IMG/VR virus record: IMGVR_UViG_2061766007_000580
From: an uncultured virus (IMG/VR IMGVR_UViG_2061766007_000580)
Lineage: Duplodnaviria > Heunggongvirae > Uroviricota > Caudoviricetes
DNA length: 59,798 nt
Reading direction: 5' to 3' (one strand)
Part shown: positions 39,075 to 49,998 of the stretch, one piece after another
Position numbering within the stretch: the first letter of the stretch is position 1
Layout: every line of letters starts with the position of its first letter
The notes under the pieces: model-generated
What the model saw: only the letters and a program-made list of their open reading frames with translations
Database searches by the model: none
What the model was told of the DNA's origin: nothing
Translations under genes and position numbers: made by a program

Positions 39075-42000
39075 GTGCGTTCCACGGCGAAAAACACGCG
39101 CAGATGAACAAGGACTAGGGAAACATGCCGAAAACGCTCTGGTTCCGAGCTGAGACATGTTTAACGCGATTCTGAAAGGGGTGTTGGATGCGGGAAATCA
39201 TCCAGATTGACGAAAACACGCGGCTGCGCAAGTGCGACGGCCTCAACTGGACGGCGGAGGTGTGGGCGGAATCCAAGACCAGGGACGGCGAGAAGTCAAT
39301 GAAATGGCGCAACGCCAACCTAGCGAGCGGCACTGGCCCGTACTTCGGCAAAGTCGAGCATGCGTTCCGCTGGCTGCTTGACTACATAACCGAACGCGAC
39401 TTGCCGGAGAAGGTGGACATGAATGGTTACATGGCGGTCTACGAGCGCACTGCGAAGAAGCTGATCGCCGTTGCGAAGGAGGTGGGCTAGATGGGACTCG
39501 CGATACTCACGCTCGTGGTCATGTCGCTCGTGCTATGGACGGTGAGCGCGTGATGGTGGACAAGCACAACGTCGTCATGGCGAACGACCCGAAGCCTTAC
39601 GACGAGTGGGTGATGGAATGCACGCTGCGCTCCGAGCGAACCGAGAAGCTGGGCGGCGGCGAGGTGACGCGCAAGCTCGAATGGAGCGGGTTCGCCACCG
39701 GCAAGGTCGTGGAAGCGATGCTGGAGCTGTTCCGCAGGGAGGTGGACGGATGCACTGCGAGATAACCACGTGCGGCCACTGTGGCCGCGACATGAGCGGT
39801 GACCGCTGGAAGCTCACGATGTACCGGCAGAACAAGCCGTACAGCTGGCGCACGATCGGTTGGAACAAGTACTACTGCCGCGAGTGCGCAGCGAAGATCA
39901 TGGCCGACATAGAGAGGGAGGACGCCGATGGATAGCGTGGACAAGCTGCGCGAATACGCTGCGTACAACTGTCGCGTGAAAGGCTGGAAGGATGACCTGA
40001 AGTCACTCGCGGATGGCATCGAAGCCGAAATAGCCGAGCGCTACATGGAATTGCCAGTGGATGCGGACGGTGTGCCGATTCGGGTAGGTGATGAAATGAT
40101 GCAGGGTGACAAGTTTAAGGTATGCGCCGTCGCACCAGCCAAAATCCACCGTTGGTGCGTTGGCGGCACGTTCGCATACGACCCGAGCGATTGCATCCAC
40201 TACAAGCCGCGCACGCTGGAAGACGTGCTGACTGAAATGCTCGACCGTAAAACTGATGGAGTTGGTCTGCGCGAGTTCAACCGTGATTTTGGCGCTTTCG
40301 TAGCACATTACGCCGACGAAATCCGTGAGCTTCTGGCGGGTGATTCGCAATGAGCTACAGCAAGTGCTTCCTCTGCCGCGAGGACAATTTCAGCGGTAAC
40401 GAGACGGAAATCATCGTGCGCCGCAAGACCGTGGACAAAGACACGCTGGAGCACCGCACGACGGTATGGAGCGCTCACGTCTGCGACCCGTGCCTGCGGA
40501 AGCTGGGGCTGCTGGGGAAGGTGGACAAGTGAGCGAGTACATCGTGGACTTCGGCACCGATGACGAGTTGTTCGTCCGAATCGCGATGGTCAAGCAGCAC
40601 GGGGCCGAGCTGCGTGATGGAATCGTGAGGTGCAGAGATTGCAAGTGGTTCACGCCTGAATATTGGTACGAGGAAGAGCGCGACTTCGCTACGAGGGAAA
40701 TTCTCTGCGAACCGCCTGATTGCGGGAATCCAGAGCGATGCTCCGTGACTTACGACAGCATCACGAAACAGATGGTGCCAGTGCATATCGTTACGGAACC
40801 TGACGGCTATTGCGCGTGGGGTGAACGGATTGAACCATGAGACCAGCAAAACGATTTTCGACCCATCGCTGCGGGAGCATGCCGAAAGGGTACAGCCTGC
40901 GCCGTTACGAGCATGACGGTGACAGGTTTCAATATCCAGAGCCAGGCGGTTGGGTTCTCGGTCATCTGACCTGGGACAGCGAGTGGGATGCTAACTACCT
41001 AGACCCAGTGACGCCTTGGAAAAAGTCGCACGTGAGGTTCTGCCCATGGTGCGGTGCAGATTTACGGAAGGAGGGCGGCGAATGAGCGAGTACATCATTA
41101 CGTGCGACGAGGAAACAGCATCGTGGATAGGAAACGACGTTGACTCGATGCGGCCAATCGTGAGGTGCAGGGATTGCGACTTCTCGCATGAGGACGAGCT
41201 AGGCAACCTGCGCTGCCATGGCCCACTCACAGAGCCGTGGGATTACTACAACGACGAGCCGAGTGATGGTGTGAAAGTCGAGCCTAGCGGCTTTTGCGCC
41301 TGGGCGGTTAAACGAAAGGATGAGGACGAATGATGGCTCAATCACTCGACCCGAAGGCGGTCAACGGACGCGGCCACCAGATACGGCCCTACTACTCGAC
41401 TGGCATAGAGCTCCCTCTTCTCATAGGAGTGGTGGACGAGTTCGGCGTCGAGCACGCCTACGTGAGCAAGCGGGAATGGATAGACGAGCGCAACGCCCGA
41501 GTATCCGAGGTTGCGGCGCTCAAGGCGAGGATAGATGAACTGGAGGTGCGCGATGGCTAGTGTGGCGACCATAACAATAACCGAGAAGGTCAGGCCAGCC
41601 ATGACCAAGACTGGCAAGAAGGTGCTCGTCCACATGGGGCGCGTCGGGCCGAGCGTCGGCGGCTTCGTGTGCGAGCACGAGGACGGGAGCATGAGCGAGC
41701 TGATTCACGCAGACCTCGCCTTCCTCGACAGCAAGGGACTGTTCGACCAGTTCTGCTGGGAGGTGAGCGAATGATTCCGCGCATGACGATTCGGCAGCGC
41801 ATCATAGCATGGCTGCTATGGCGCTTCGAGCGGTTCGACAGCATTGGAGATGCCGAGTCCAGCATCCTCGTCCATCCCGAGCTGTTGCGTTGCGTAGCGC
41901 TGCTGAGCGATTACTGGTACATCAAGAACGCGAAGGAGGGCGGCGATGACTAGCACGAGGTCTGACAAGGCGCATGTCATAGCGAAGAGGGCATACGACG

Positions 42001-42508
42001 CCGCCATGCGTGAGCTGAGTAAGTCCGACGACCTGGGCGTTATGTTCGCGGCTTGCACGAAATGCGGCACATGGCTTGCGGCTGAGGCGTCTGCTGCTGC
42101 GTACATCCAGAGCGACGAGACGGCCNNNNNNNNNNNNNNNNNNNNNNNNNNNNNNNNNNNGCGCAACCGAGAAACATCCGTGCGACATGGGCATCGGCTT
42201 TTACGCTGGCGAATGCCCCGATTGCGGCTCGATGGACTGCCCGAAGACGGTGCCAGGTGCCGAATGCGGCGTGGACATGCAGTACGCGAAAGAGCTGATT
42301 GCTTCGAAGCAACGCTACTACGAGAGGAAGGCGAAGAGATGACCGACAAGATGATGGACAACCGACCGACCGAGAAGAAATCCCCCGCCGAAGCAAAGGG
42401 CGATTGCGCCATTTGCAAAGGATGGATCGATGACGGGAGAGGCGGCACGTGCGTTTTCACCGACGATTTTTGGGCACCGCATTGCCCGTATGACAAGGAG
42501 GCCAAGCA

Positions 42509-42712
42509 ATGACCGACAACCGAACCACCAAGTTGCTGCCGTGCAAGAAGTGCGGCGGCGAAGCCGAAATCGTGTCGGCGAAGCTCGTTAACGAGGCATT
42601 CTCCGACGCATCGTGTGTTGCGCGGTGCAGTGCGTGCGGGAACCGCACGGACAGATGGTACTCCGACAAGGAAGCGGCGGAGTCATGGAACAGGAGAAAT
42701 GGCAATGACTAG
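42509..42712 (+). CDS. Lar-family (restriction alleviation-like) Zn protein
   Basis: LLPCKKCGGEA...CSACG...AAESWNRR. Confidence 0.65.
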   Translation: MTDNRTTKLLPCKKCGGEAEIVSAKLVNEAFSDASCVARCSACGNRTDRWYSDKEAAESWNRRNGND

Positions 42713-43324
42713 AGACGCCGACAACCGAACGACCGAGCTGCTGCGCGAAGGATTGACCAAACACGGCATCGAATGGCGCAGCGGACTTGAAGGCGTCACC
42801 TTCGTGGGCGATTGGTGCTTCGTCGAATACTACAACGGGAAACACAAAGGGAAACTCGCAGCGACTTGCGAACCCGCGCTCACACCCGAGCAGGCCATAG
42901 CCGCGACGCTGGGGAGCGAGCGGGAGAAGGCGAAGTCGCATCCCTACGGATACGAGCGCGACACGGGAGCATATGATTGCACGCGCTGCGAATGCGGCTG
43001 CATCAACGACATAAGCGCCACGTACTGCAACGACTGCGGCGGCGAGATTGAGATAGACGAGAGCGCCGAGAAGGAATACTACGATGGGTACAGCAAGCAC
43101 ACCGTATTCGCCAAGAAACACGATGACGGCTCGCTTGAGTTCTGCGAGCGTCGCTACGTCCCTGAAGATGCCGAGCTGGGAAACGAGCGGGACGCAATCT
43201 ACAACGCAGGCTTCGACAACGGCGTTAAGGCCACGCTGCATCAGCTCGACGGTCTGCTCATTAAGACGGACAGCGCCGTTGAGATACAAGCATGGGTGGA
43301 CGAGCAATGGAAGGAGTACGAGTC

Positions 43325-43734
43325 ATGAGCGATGAAACGACCCTGCTGCCGTGCCCGTTCTGTGGGGGCGAACCTGACGAGTACGATGGCGATTACGGAA
43401 ACGGCGTGTACTGCATGCATTGCGGAGCGATGGTCGGCGAGCCGATACACAACGAATGGCATGTGGATGGGCGCGTGACTTACGAGCAAGCCGCCGAAGC
43501 GTGGAACACCCGCGTCCCGCACGGCACGCTGACAGCCGAGCAGGTGCGCGATGTGGTTTACAGGAATAGTACCTACAACGACATTTACGAGGTTTATCAA
43601 GTGAGTCTCACCGATATGCAGGCAATCGCCGACGAGCTGAACGCCAAGTTTGGGGGCGGGACGTGCGAGTTCGTAGATTGCGGGATATGCAAGTTCTACC
43701 ATGCCGACATACAGCTTTGCGAGTACGGCATCCC
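43325..43734 (+). CDS. Lar-family Zn protein with C-terminal extension (runs into an N-gap)
   Basis: LLPCPFCGGE...CMHCGA...AAEAWNTR. Confidence 0.65.
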
Positions 43735-46700
43735 NNNNNNNNNNNNNNNNNNNNNNNNNNNNNNNNNNNNTGCTCGGAATAGGCGATTACCTGTGCGAAG
43801 CCTGCAAGCACTTCGACACCGATGGAGCAGACGGGAACCATCCATCGTGCGCCAAGCAGTGGGCATCGAGCAAGGCGGTGTGTCTCGGGCAGGAATGCCC
43901 GTACGGATACGAGTTCGGCATTCCGGCAGGCTACCCCGTGAGCATGGAGCGGAACAGGGAGCGTGCTTACGAGATAAAGGCGAAACTTGGCAAGCATGCG
44001 AAGAAGGTGGAGCGATGAGCGAGCAATGCGGCAACTGCCGATTCTGGGAGCGCGGAGCTGCTGATTACGGGCTGGGCGACCGAGACGAATTCGGCACGTG
44101 CAGGCGTTACCCGACGCCCGTGCTCAAGCGCGAGAACAGCTGGTGCGGAGAGTGGACGCCCGATGTGATGGCCGAAATCGAGAGGATGGGGAAGGAGACC
44201 TATGAACCGAGAACAAGCTGAGCACCTGTTGGACGCATACGTGTTGATGGGTGTGCAGTCGATGCCGAAAGCCAAGGAGGCGCTGAAAGAGGTCATCCTG
44301 GATGCGATGACCAGCACGACGTACTACCCGTGCTATATCAGCGCACCGAAGCCGACGCCGTGGCCGCAAGTGACGTACACGACCACCACTGGGGAGGTGG
44401 ACTGATGGAGCACATCGTTCAGTTCGGCATCACGATCGACGATGACGCCATCAGGAAAAATATCGAGAAAAATGCCATGGATGCGGTTGTCAAGGCGTTC
44501 GTCGGGGAGATGAAGTCGAACCTCCCGAAATCGTACGGACGTGTTGACTGGAACCGCGTCGCATGGGATTGCATCGACCGCTTCATCGACCAGCACAAGG
44601 GCGAAATCATGGACATTGCAGCGGATAAGCTCGTCGAGAAGGTAAAGCGCACGAAAGCGTGGCGCGAGAAGTACGGCGAAGCATTGGAGGTGGACGCATG
44701 AAAATCGATCTGAAAGAGGCTGCTGGCATTTCCGACGAAACGACACGCGAAGAGCTGGAAATGCTTGCGGCTGTCACGTGGGGTGACCTTGCATACGAGC
44801 GAGACAGGAACAGGCATCTGTGCGATTTGGTTTCCGAGATGTTCAAGGAGCATATGCGCATCTACAACTCTGGTGGTGTGCCGAGAATGGGGCTATCAGC
44901 CACGAGCGCACAGATGACACACTGGTACAGCGAGTGCATTCGCTGTGGAGTGGAGGTGGACGTATGAGCGAAGAATTCACGCCACTCAGCTGCAAGTGGT
45001 GCTATTGGGAAAACCATGTCACAACCGATGAATCGTGCGTGTGTCTTGTGGACGTGTGCAAGACAGGAAATCCGAAAACGGCATTTGCTCTTGCTTGCGA
45101 TGACTACAACGAGAATTGCCCGTGCGATGAATACGAGGAAGTGGACGCATGACGTACGCATTCTGCGATGCCAGCGATTGCATCAACCACGATGGTGACG
45201 GATGCACGCTAGACACCATTAACCTGAGCCGAGACAACCCAGAATGGGTGCCAGACATCGCGGCATCGGTGAGCTGTCGGGATTACGAGAGGGAGGATGA
45301 CGCATGAGGAACATAGACTGGCTGTATCAGACGAACGACATGTTCCGCGAGACCGTCAACCAGGGCGCTGCTCAGTGGATGGGCAGCGACTCGCCCGTCT
45401 TTGCGGGAGAATGGCTTCTGAGGGAACACGAGTACGAACACCATGACAGCGACTACGAGGACCTGATAGGCCAGCACCTCGACGGGCCGTGCGTGGTGCC
45501 AGACGGGTTCTGCTCAGACGCAGCGAAACTGCAAATCAGTCAGTTCGTTGCGAAGGAAACGGGGGAAACAGCCGAATCCGATGCAGCGAAGTCGGAAATA
45601 CGCGACTTCGATGACAGCCGCGAGAAGCTGGAAGCGGACGTGGACGCCGCCCTGTACGGCGCATCCATGGCCGATGACGGCTACATACCGTTGAAGATGG
45701 CGATTGGATGGCTAGACCGTCAAGCGGCGATAACGGAGCGGGAATGTCGAGAATACGAGAACGCTTTGCGCGAACAGCATCACAAGCGAATCGCCGAGCT
45801 GAGAGCCAAGCTCAACGCCGAAGCCCAACATGCACGCGAGGCGTGGCAGCTATGGAGTGAAGCGGACGCGAAAGCGGAGCAGATGGAAACCGAACGTGAC
45901 AAGCTGGAAGCGTTCGCCAAGCGCCTTGAGGAAGCGGCCAAGCACGGCGATGACGTGACGCTGTTCGGGGTGGACTACGTTCCAGACTCGCGGTACGCAA
46001 CGCTCAGGGAGCACGCGGCTGGGCAAGCCGAGCAATTGCGGCGGCTGACCGACGAATGTGCGGAGCTGCGGAAGCTGGCGGAGAAATACAGGGCTGGCAG
46101 CATAGCGGCGCAGGAGGAAGCGGAAGCGTGGAGGGCGAAATGCGGGGCGCTGCTCGACGCGGCGCACGAGATGATTCGGATAGGGGGCGATGCATGATGG
46201 GCGTCAAAGTGACGAGCATGCGGCTCAAGGGCAACTGGGCCGATGACGAGTGGCCCGACGTGATCCACGTGTCGCATGTGTACACACCGGGGAATTGGCG
46301 TGAGTACGTGCCGGAGGAAGAGCCGAGGGACGAGAGCGAGGGCGATGACCGATGACCGAGACCGCACTTGGGCTGGCGATGCTCGTTCTTGGCGTGACGA
46401 TCGTGTTGGCCTGCGACGTGTGGAGACGGCGATGATCGCGCGGGTGACGCCCTACTGCGACGACGGGCAGTCGGTGCCGAACATGGTCGGCGTGCTCGTC
46501 GAGGGCGAGGACCGCGAGCGGTCCTACGTGCCGAAGGGCGACATGGACTACCGAGAGTACCTGATACGCAAGATGGTGGAAGAGATGGAGCAGTACGAGC
46601 AAGGAATGCCGGCTGCTCCATCGACTTTGTTCCGCAAGCTGGCGGAAGATGCGGGGGTGATGTTTGACGAATGGGACACATAGGAAGGGCGAAGCTGCGC

Positions 46701-47366
46701 GGTCGCAATCTGCTGGACGAGTGCTACCGAGCGACGATCTGCCACGATGACTTCGTGGTTGGCGACGTGACCGTGGACACGTGCTGGGGGCTTGTAGACC
46801 CGATGACAGAAGACCCGTGGGCCGAATGCCGTGGATGCAGGGCGTACTGCCATAACGTGCCAAATCACGAATATTGGGTTGAGTACATCGGGGAGGTTCG
46901 CTGATGCCGGCTAAGAAGCTGCGGTGCGTCGCTCACGCCGATGGTGTGAAAGCCGTGGAGCTTGGGACGAACGACTTCAAGTGGCATTGCACGGTGTACC
47001 GAGAGGGTCGCAGACATGAGTTCCACGTGTTTGACACGGTTGAAGAAGCCATGACTGCGTTTCAGCACGAGATAGTGAACGGGGGATACGGAGAATGAAC
47101 GATACCAATATTCCAACAGACCAAGAGCTTTTCGATGTGGCAGGGCGAATTTGTGATTTTGCAAGTGACGAGATGGAGCGTCGAGGTTACGGATGGGCAT
47201 TCTCTCTTGTGTCGTTGATGTTGGCCGGTGATGCTGCGATCAGATTCATTAAGTTGGTCGATGTATTCGGACTCGATGGTGTTAGCGAACTCAGCGAAGC
47301 CATCAAGGAGAAGATGATCGGAGATATGCTCGGCCAAGCGGAGGACATACTTCGCGGTGATGCCGA

Positions 47367-47639
47367 ATGACGGTGACGATAGGGCCCGTCGAGACGTTCC
47401 CGAACCGCATCCCGGACAAGGCACAGCTGCTCAAGATAACCGAGGAGGCATGCGAGGTCTACAGTGCGTGGGAGGATTGGTTCGACTCGCCGCATCAGAT
47501 GGAGTGCGAGCACCTGCTTGACGAGCTTGCGGACGTGATCCTCGCCACGTGCAACTTTATCTCGGCACTCGGCATTGACGAGTTCGGACCATACATGGAG
47601 CGGTGCAGGCGGAGAAACGAGAAGCGTGGGAGATACTGA
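47367..47639 (+). CDS. MazG-like nucleotide pyrophosphohydrolase
   Basis: KITEEACEV...DELADVI. Confidence 0.7.
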   Translation: MTVTIGPVETFPNRIPDKAQLLKITEEACEVYSAWEDWFDSPHQMECEHLLDELADVILATCNFISALGIDEFGPYMERCRRRNEKRGRY

Positions 47640-47652
47640 TTGGGTAAGATAC

Positions 47653-47808
47653 GGGCGGCACGGGCCTACGCTGGGGAATACGCACGCTGGCGGGTCGCCA
47701 CCGCGAGTGGAGCGGGCTAAACCGGACATGGTGGCCGTTCGCGCGAACGTAAGTCCAATGGACGCATTGGCGGAAAGCGTGTAGGTAGTTCGATCCTGCC
47801 GCCGCCCA
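47653..47808 (+). ncRNA. tRNA-like structured RNA
   Basis: 7-bp acceptor stem GGGCGGC/GCCGCCC+A and T-arm GGTAG-TTCGATC-CTGCC enclosing a multibranch insert. Confidence 0.55.
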
Positions 47809-47838
47809 TATGGGTAAGATAGGAGGTTGGGTAGGATA

Positions 47839-48033
47839 ATGGAAGAAAGCACGGACAAGGTCATCGACGTCGAGAGGGTCAACAAGACCATAGAGAAGAC
47901 GTTGCACCTGTTCGAGAGCGAGAAACTGAACGTAGCCGAGAGCATCCAAGTGGTCATGAGCATCAGCTATGCGCTCAAGGCGCAATACGGCGACGTGTAC
48001 GAACTGCTCGACGGAATCAAGCGGAATGGGTAA
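47839..48033 (+). CDS. Hypothetical protein
   Basis: AGGAGG upstream; last gene of the rightward operon. Confidence 0.6.
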   Translation: MEESTDKVIDVERVNKTIEKTLHLFESEKLNVAESIQVVMSISYALKAQYGDVYELLDGIKRNG

Positions 48034-48066
48034 GATACTCGCAAGTGGGTAAGATACTCTAAGACA

Positions 48067-48100
48067 AGAAGGCCCCGCTCAGGCGGGGCTTTTTTATTTT
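48067..48100. terminator. Terminator between convergent operons (possibly bidirectional)
   Basis: AAGAA-GGCCCCGC-TCAG-GCGGGGCT-TTTTT. Confidence 0.75.
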
Positions 48101-49299
48101 CTGGTTATGGTTTGGCCTATTCTGTGCGGTATCCCAACTACGAGCGCGTTGCCCATGCAGAACGCACGCTGGTTGTCGGTCATCCCCGTGTCGGTCCACC
48201 CGCTCGGGAAGCCTTGGAGGGCGTCCAGCTCGTCGGGTACGAGCCTGCGGAGCCGTCCCGAATCGCCGACGACCACGTGTTTCATGCGCGATGGCGCCTT
48301 TCCGCCCTCGGACGTCAGAATCGTCCTCGAAGGACGGTCGAGTGGGTCTGGAAACGCGATTGGTCCCTCGGAATACATGTATTCGTGGCCGTTCTTGGCC
48401 CTTCTGGGTTCTTTTTTCGCTCCCTTGAGGTACGTCCAGCGCTCCAGGGCCGAACCGTCGATGAAGAACTGCTCCGGAACATCGGAATCGGGCACCAAGA
48501 CGTCCCCGAGCGTCATTTTCGCTCCATGATAGCGCGGTTTGTAGTCGAACGTCTGCACGTAGCCGCCGAACATCGTCCCGTACCCGCGAAACGGGCTCTT
48601 TTTCGGTGTTCCGAACTCCTCGACCGTGTCAGGCAGCGTGAATCGACTGATTTCGCCGTCGAGCGCGATGGGAAACGCCGTTTTGAGCGTTCCGGAGTTG
48701 TCGAGGAGCCCCGCTTTCGTCGCGAGGACGTAAACGCGCCTCCTACGCTGTGGAAAGCCGTAATCCGCAGCGTTCACGACCATCCATTCGACGTCGTAAC
48801 CGAGTTTTTCGTAGTTGGCGAGCATTATGGCGAAATCTCGGCCCCTTGAAGCCGTTGGAGACTTCAGCATGCGGTCGACGTTCTCCAACAGGACGTACTT
48901 CGGCCTTTTCAGGCGGATCATGCGCTCCACCGACCACCAGAGCATGCCCTTGTCACCTTCGATGCCCTTCGCCATCGGCGCGGTCGCCGCAACGGAAAAC
49001 GACTGGCATGGATGGCCCCCGACGAGCATGTCGAAGTCCGGTATGTCGATTTCACCGCTCTCGTAGGCGTCCAGTACCTTCTCGATGTCTTCGTTGACGC
49101 AAGAGCCCGCTCCGAAGCGCTCCTCGTAGCATCTCCATGCGAATTGACGGCTCTCTGAGCCAGGTTCCCACTGGTTGGCCCACACTGTCTCGAATTCGCC
49201 TGCGGGCGGCATGTAGAACGCGTCTCCTGGCTTTTCGTAGCCATCAAGGGCCAGTCGAAAGCCGCCGACGCCGGCGAACATCTCTGCGACGCGAATCAT
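48094..49299 (-). CDS. C5 DNA cytosine methyltransferase, M.Sau3AI-like
   Basis: FAGVGG, WANQWEP, GHPCQ, LENV, QRRRR, YSEG..FPD.LD.PSRT.LTSEG; RBS GAGAGGAG. Confidence 0.9.
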   Translation of the reverse strand: MIRVAEMFAGVGGFRLALDGYEKPGDAFYMPPAGEFETVWANQWEPGSESRQFAWRCYEERFGAGSCVNEDIEKVLDAYESGEIDIPDFDMLVGGHPCQSFSVAATAPMAKGIEGDKGMLWWSVERMIRLKRPKYVLLENVDRMLKSPTASRGRDFAIMLANYEKLGYDVEWMVVNAADYGFPQRRRRVYVLATKAGLLDNSGTLKTAFPIALDGEISRFTLPDTVEEFGTPKKSPFRGYGTMFGGYVQTFDYKPRYHGAKMTLGDVLVPDSDVPEQFFIDGSALERWTYLKGAKKEPRRAKNGHEYMYSEGPIAFPDPLDRPSRTILTSEGGKAPSRMKHVVVGDSGRLRRLVPDELDALQGFPSGWTDTGMTDNQRAFCMGNALVVGIPHRIGQTITRK

Positions 49300-49331
49300 G
49301 GCATCGCTCCTCTCGTGTTTCATGTTTTTCG

Positions 49332-49360
49332 ATTGTATCAGGTATTAGACGTCGGATCAA
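49332..49360 (-). promoter_or_regulatory. Sigma70/HrdB-type promoter of the methyltransferase
   Basis: TTGATC-17 bp-TACAAT on the minus strand. Confidence 0.65.
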
Positions 49361-49986
49361 ACGCCGCTATGGCGCACGATACGCCCCAGCTTGCGCCTTC
49401 CGTCCTGCTCGTGGTCCACGTGGAACGTCTTCGGTGGTTCCAGCCCGATTATCACGAGCGGGGCCGTCAGCAGCATGCCCATCGGCCGCAGGAAGCTGAT
49501 GTACTTCTCGAACGTGCCGACTGCGTTGTCGAAGCCACCTGCGACGCGCATTCCCTCCGTTGCCGTGATTATCACGCCGATGTCGGTCTGTATGGCCTTC
49601 TCGACGTGGTTCAACTCGCTCGCAAGCGTTGGCTTGAGCAGGTTCCACGGCGCGTCGTTGCCGTGATTGAACGCCACCTCCACCGATACCGGCCCCTTGG
49701 CGAAATCGAGCCTGAATATGCGCACGTTATCGACATACTCGTGCTCGGAAAAAATCGGCGATTCTGCTCGCCATCCACGGGCGACGAATTCGTCCTTCAA
49801 CAGCGAATTCACGGTGGGGGATATCGACTTCTTGCTGCCGCTGTGGTGGGTCTCGAAGTGCGCCATGATGCGCTCGTCGGTCACGGATCTGATGGCGTCG
49901 GCTATCTCAGCCCAATACGGGCTGTAATCGGGGACCGTCTCGATGAGATAGTCCCCGTGCCTGAATCCATGTACCCGAAAATCCAT
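49357..49986 (-). CDS. Type II restriction endonuclease, BglII/BstYI-like fold
   Basis: F...GW..E, LDFAK..VSVEVAF, GVIIT, P.VIIGL; adjacent to the MTase. Confidence 0.65.
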   Translation of the reverse strand: MDFRVHGFRHGDYLIETVPDYSPYWAEIADAIRSVTDERIMAHFETHHSGSKKSISPTVNSLLKDEFVARGWRAESPIFSEHEYVDNVRIFRLDFAKGPVSVEVAFNHGNDAPWNLLKPTLASELNHVEKAIQTDIGVIITATEGMRVAGGFDNAVGTFEKYISFLRPMGMLLTAPLVIIGLEPPKTFHVDHEQDGRRKLGRIVRHSGV

Positions 49987-49998
49987 GGTGCAAGTATA

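Larger units (their letters stand above)
39188..47370 (+). other. Array of roughly 25-30 small, mostly Cys-rich hypothetical ORFs
   Basis: Contiguous ATGA/GTGA-coupled ORFs with RBSs, e.g. 39188-39490, 39928-40353, 40529-40840, 41082-41333, 45304-46197. Confidence 0.6.
47641..48059 (+). repeat. Five TGGGTA(A/G)GATA direct repeats
   Basis: Copies at 47641, 47811, 47828, 48027 and 48046. Confidence 0.8.

Noticed and set aside
24323..43770. Apparent frameshifts or split genes in the tail fibre, integrase, Sak4-like NTPase, ERCC4 nuclease and others
   Set aside because: Each frame change coincides with an N-gap of estimated length, so these are assembly artefacts rather than pseudogenes or recoding.
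47641..48059. CRISPR-like mini-array
   Set aside because: Repeats are only 11-14 bp with very irregular spacing, and no cas genes are present.
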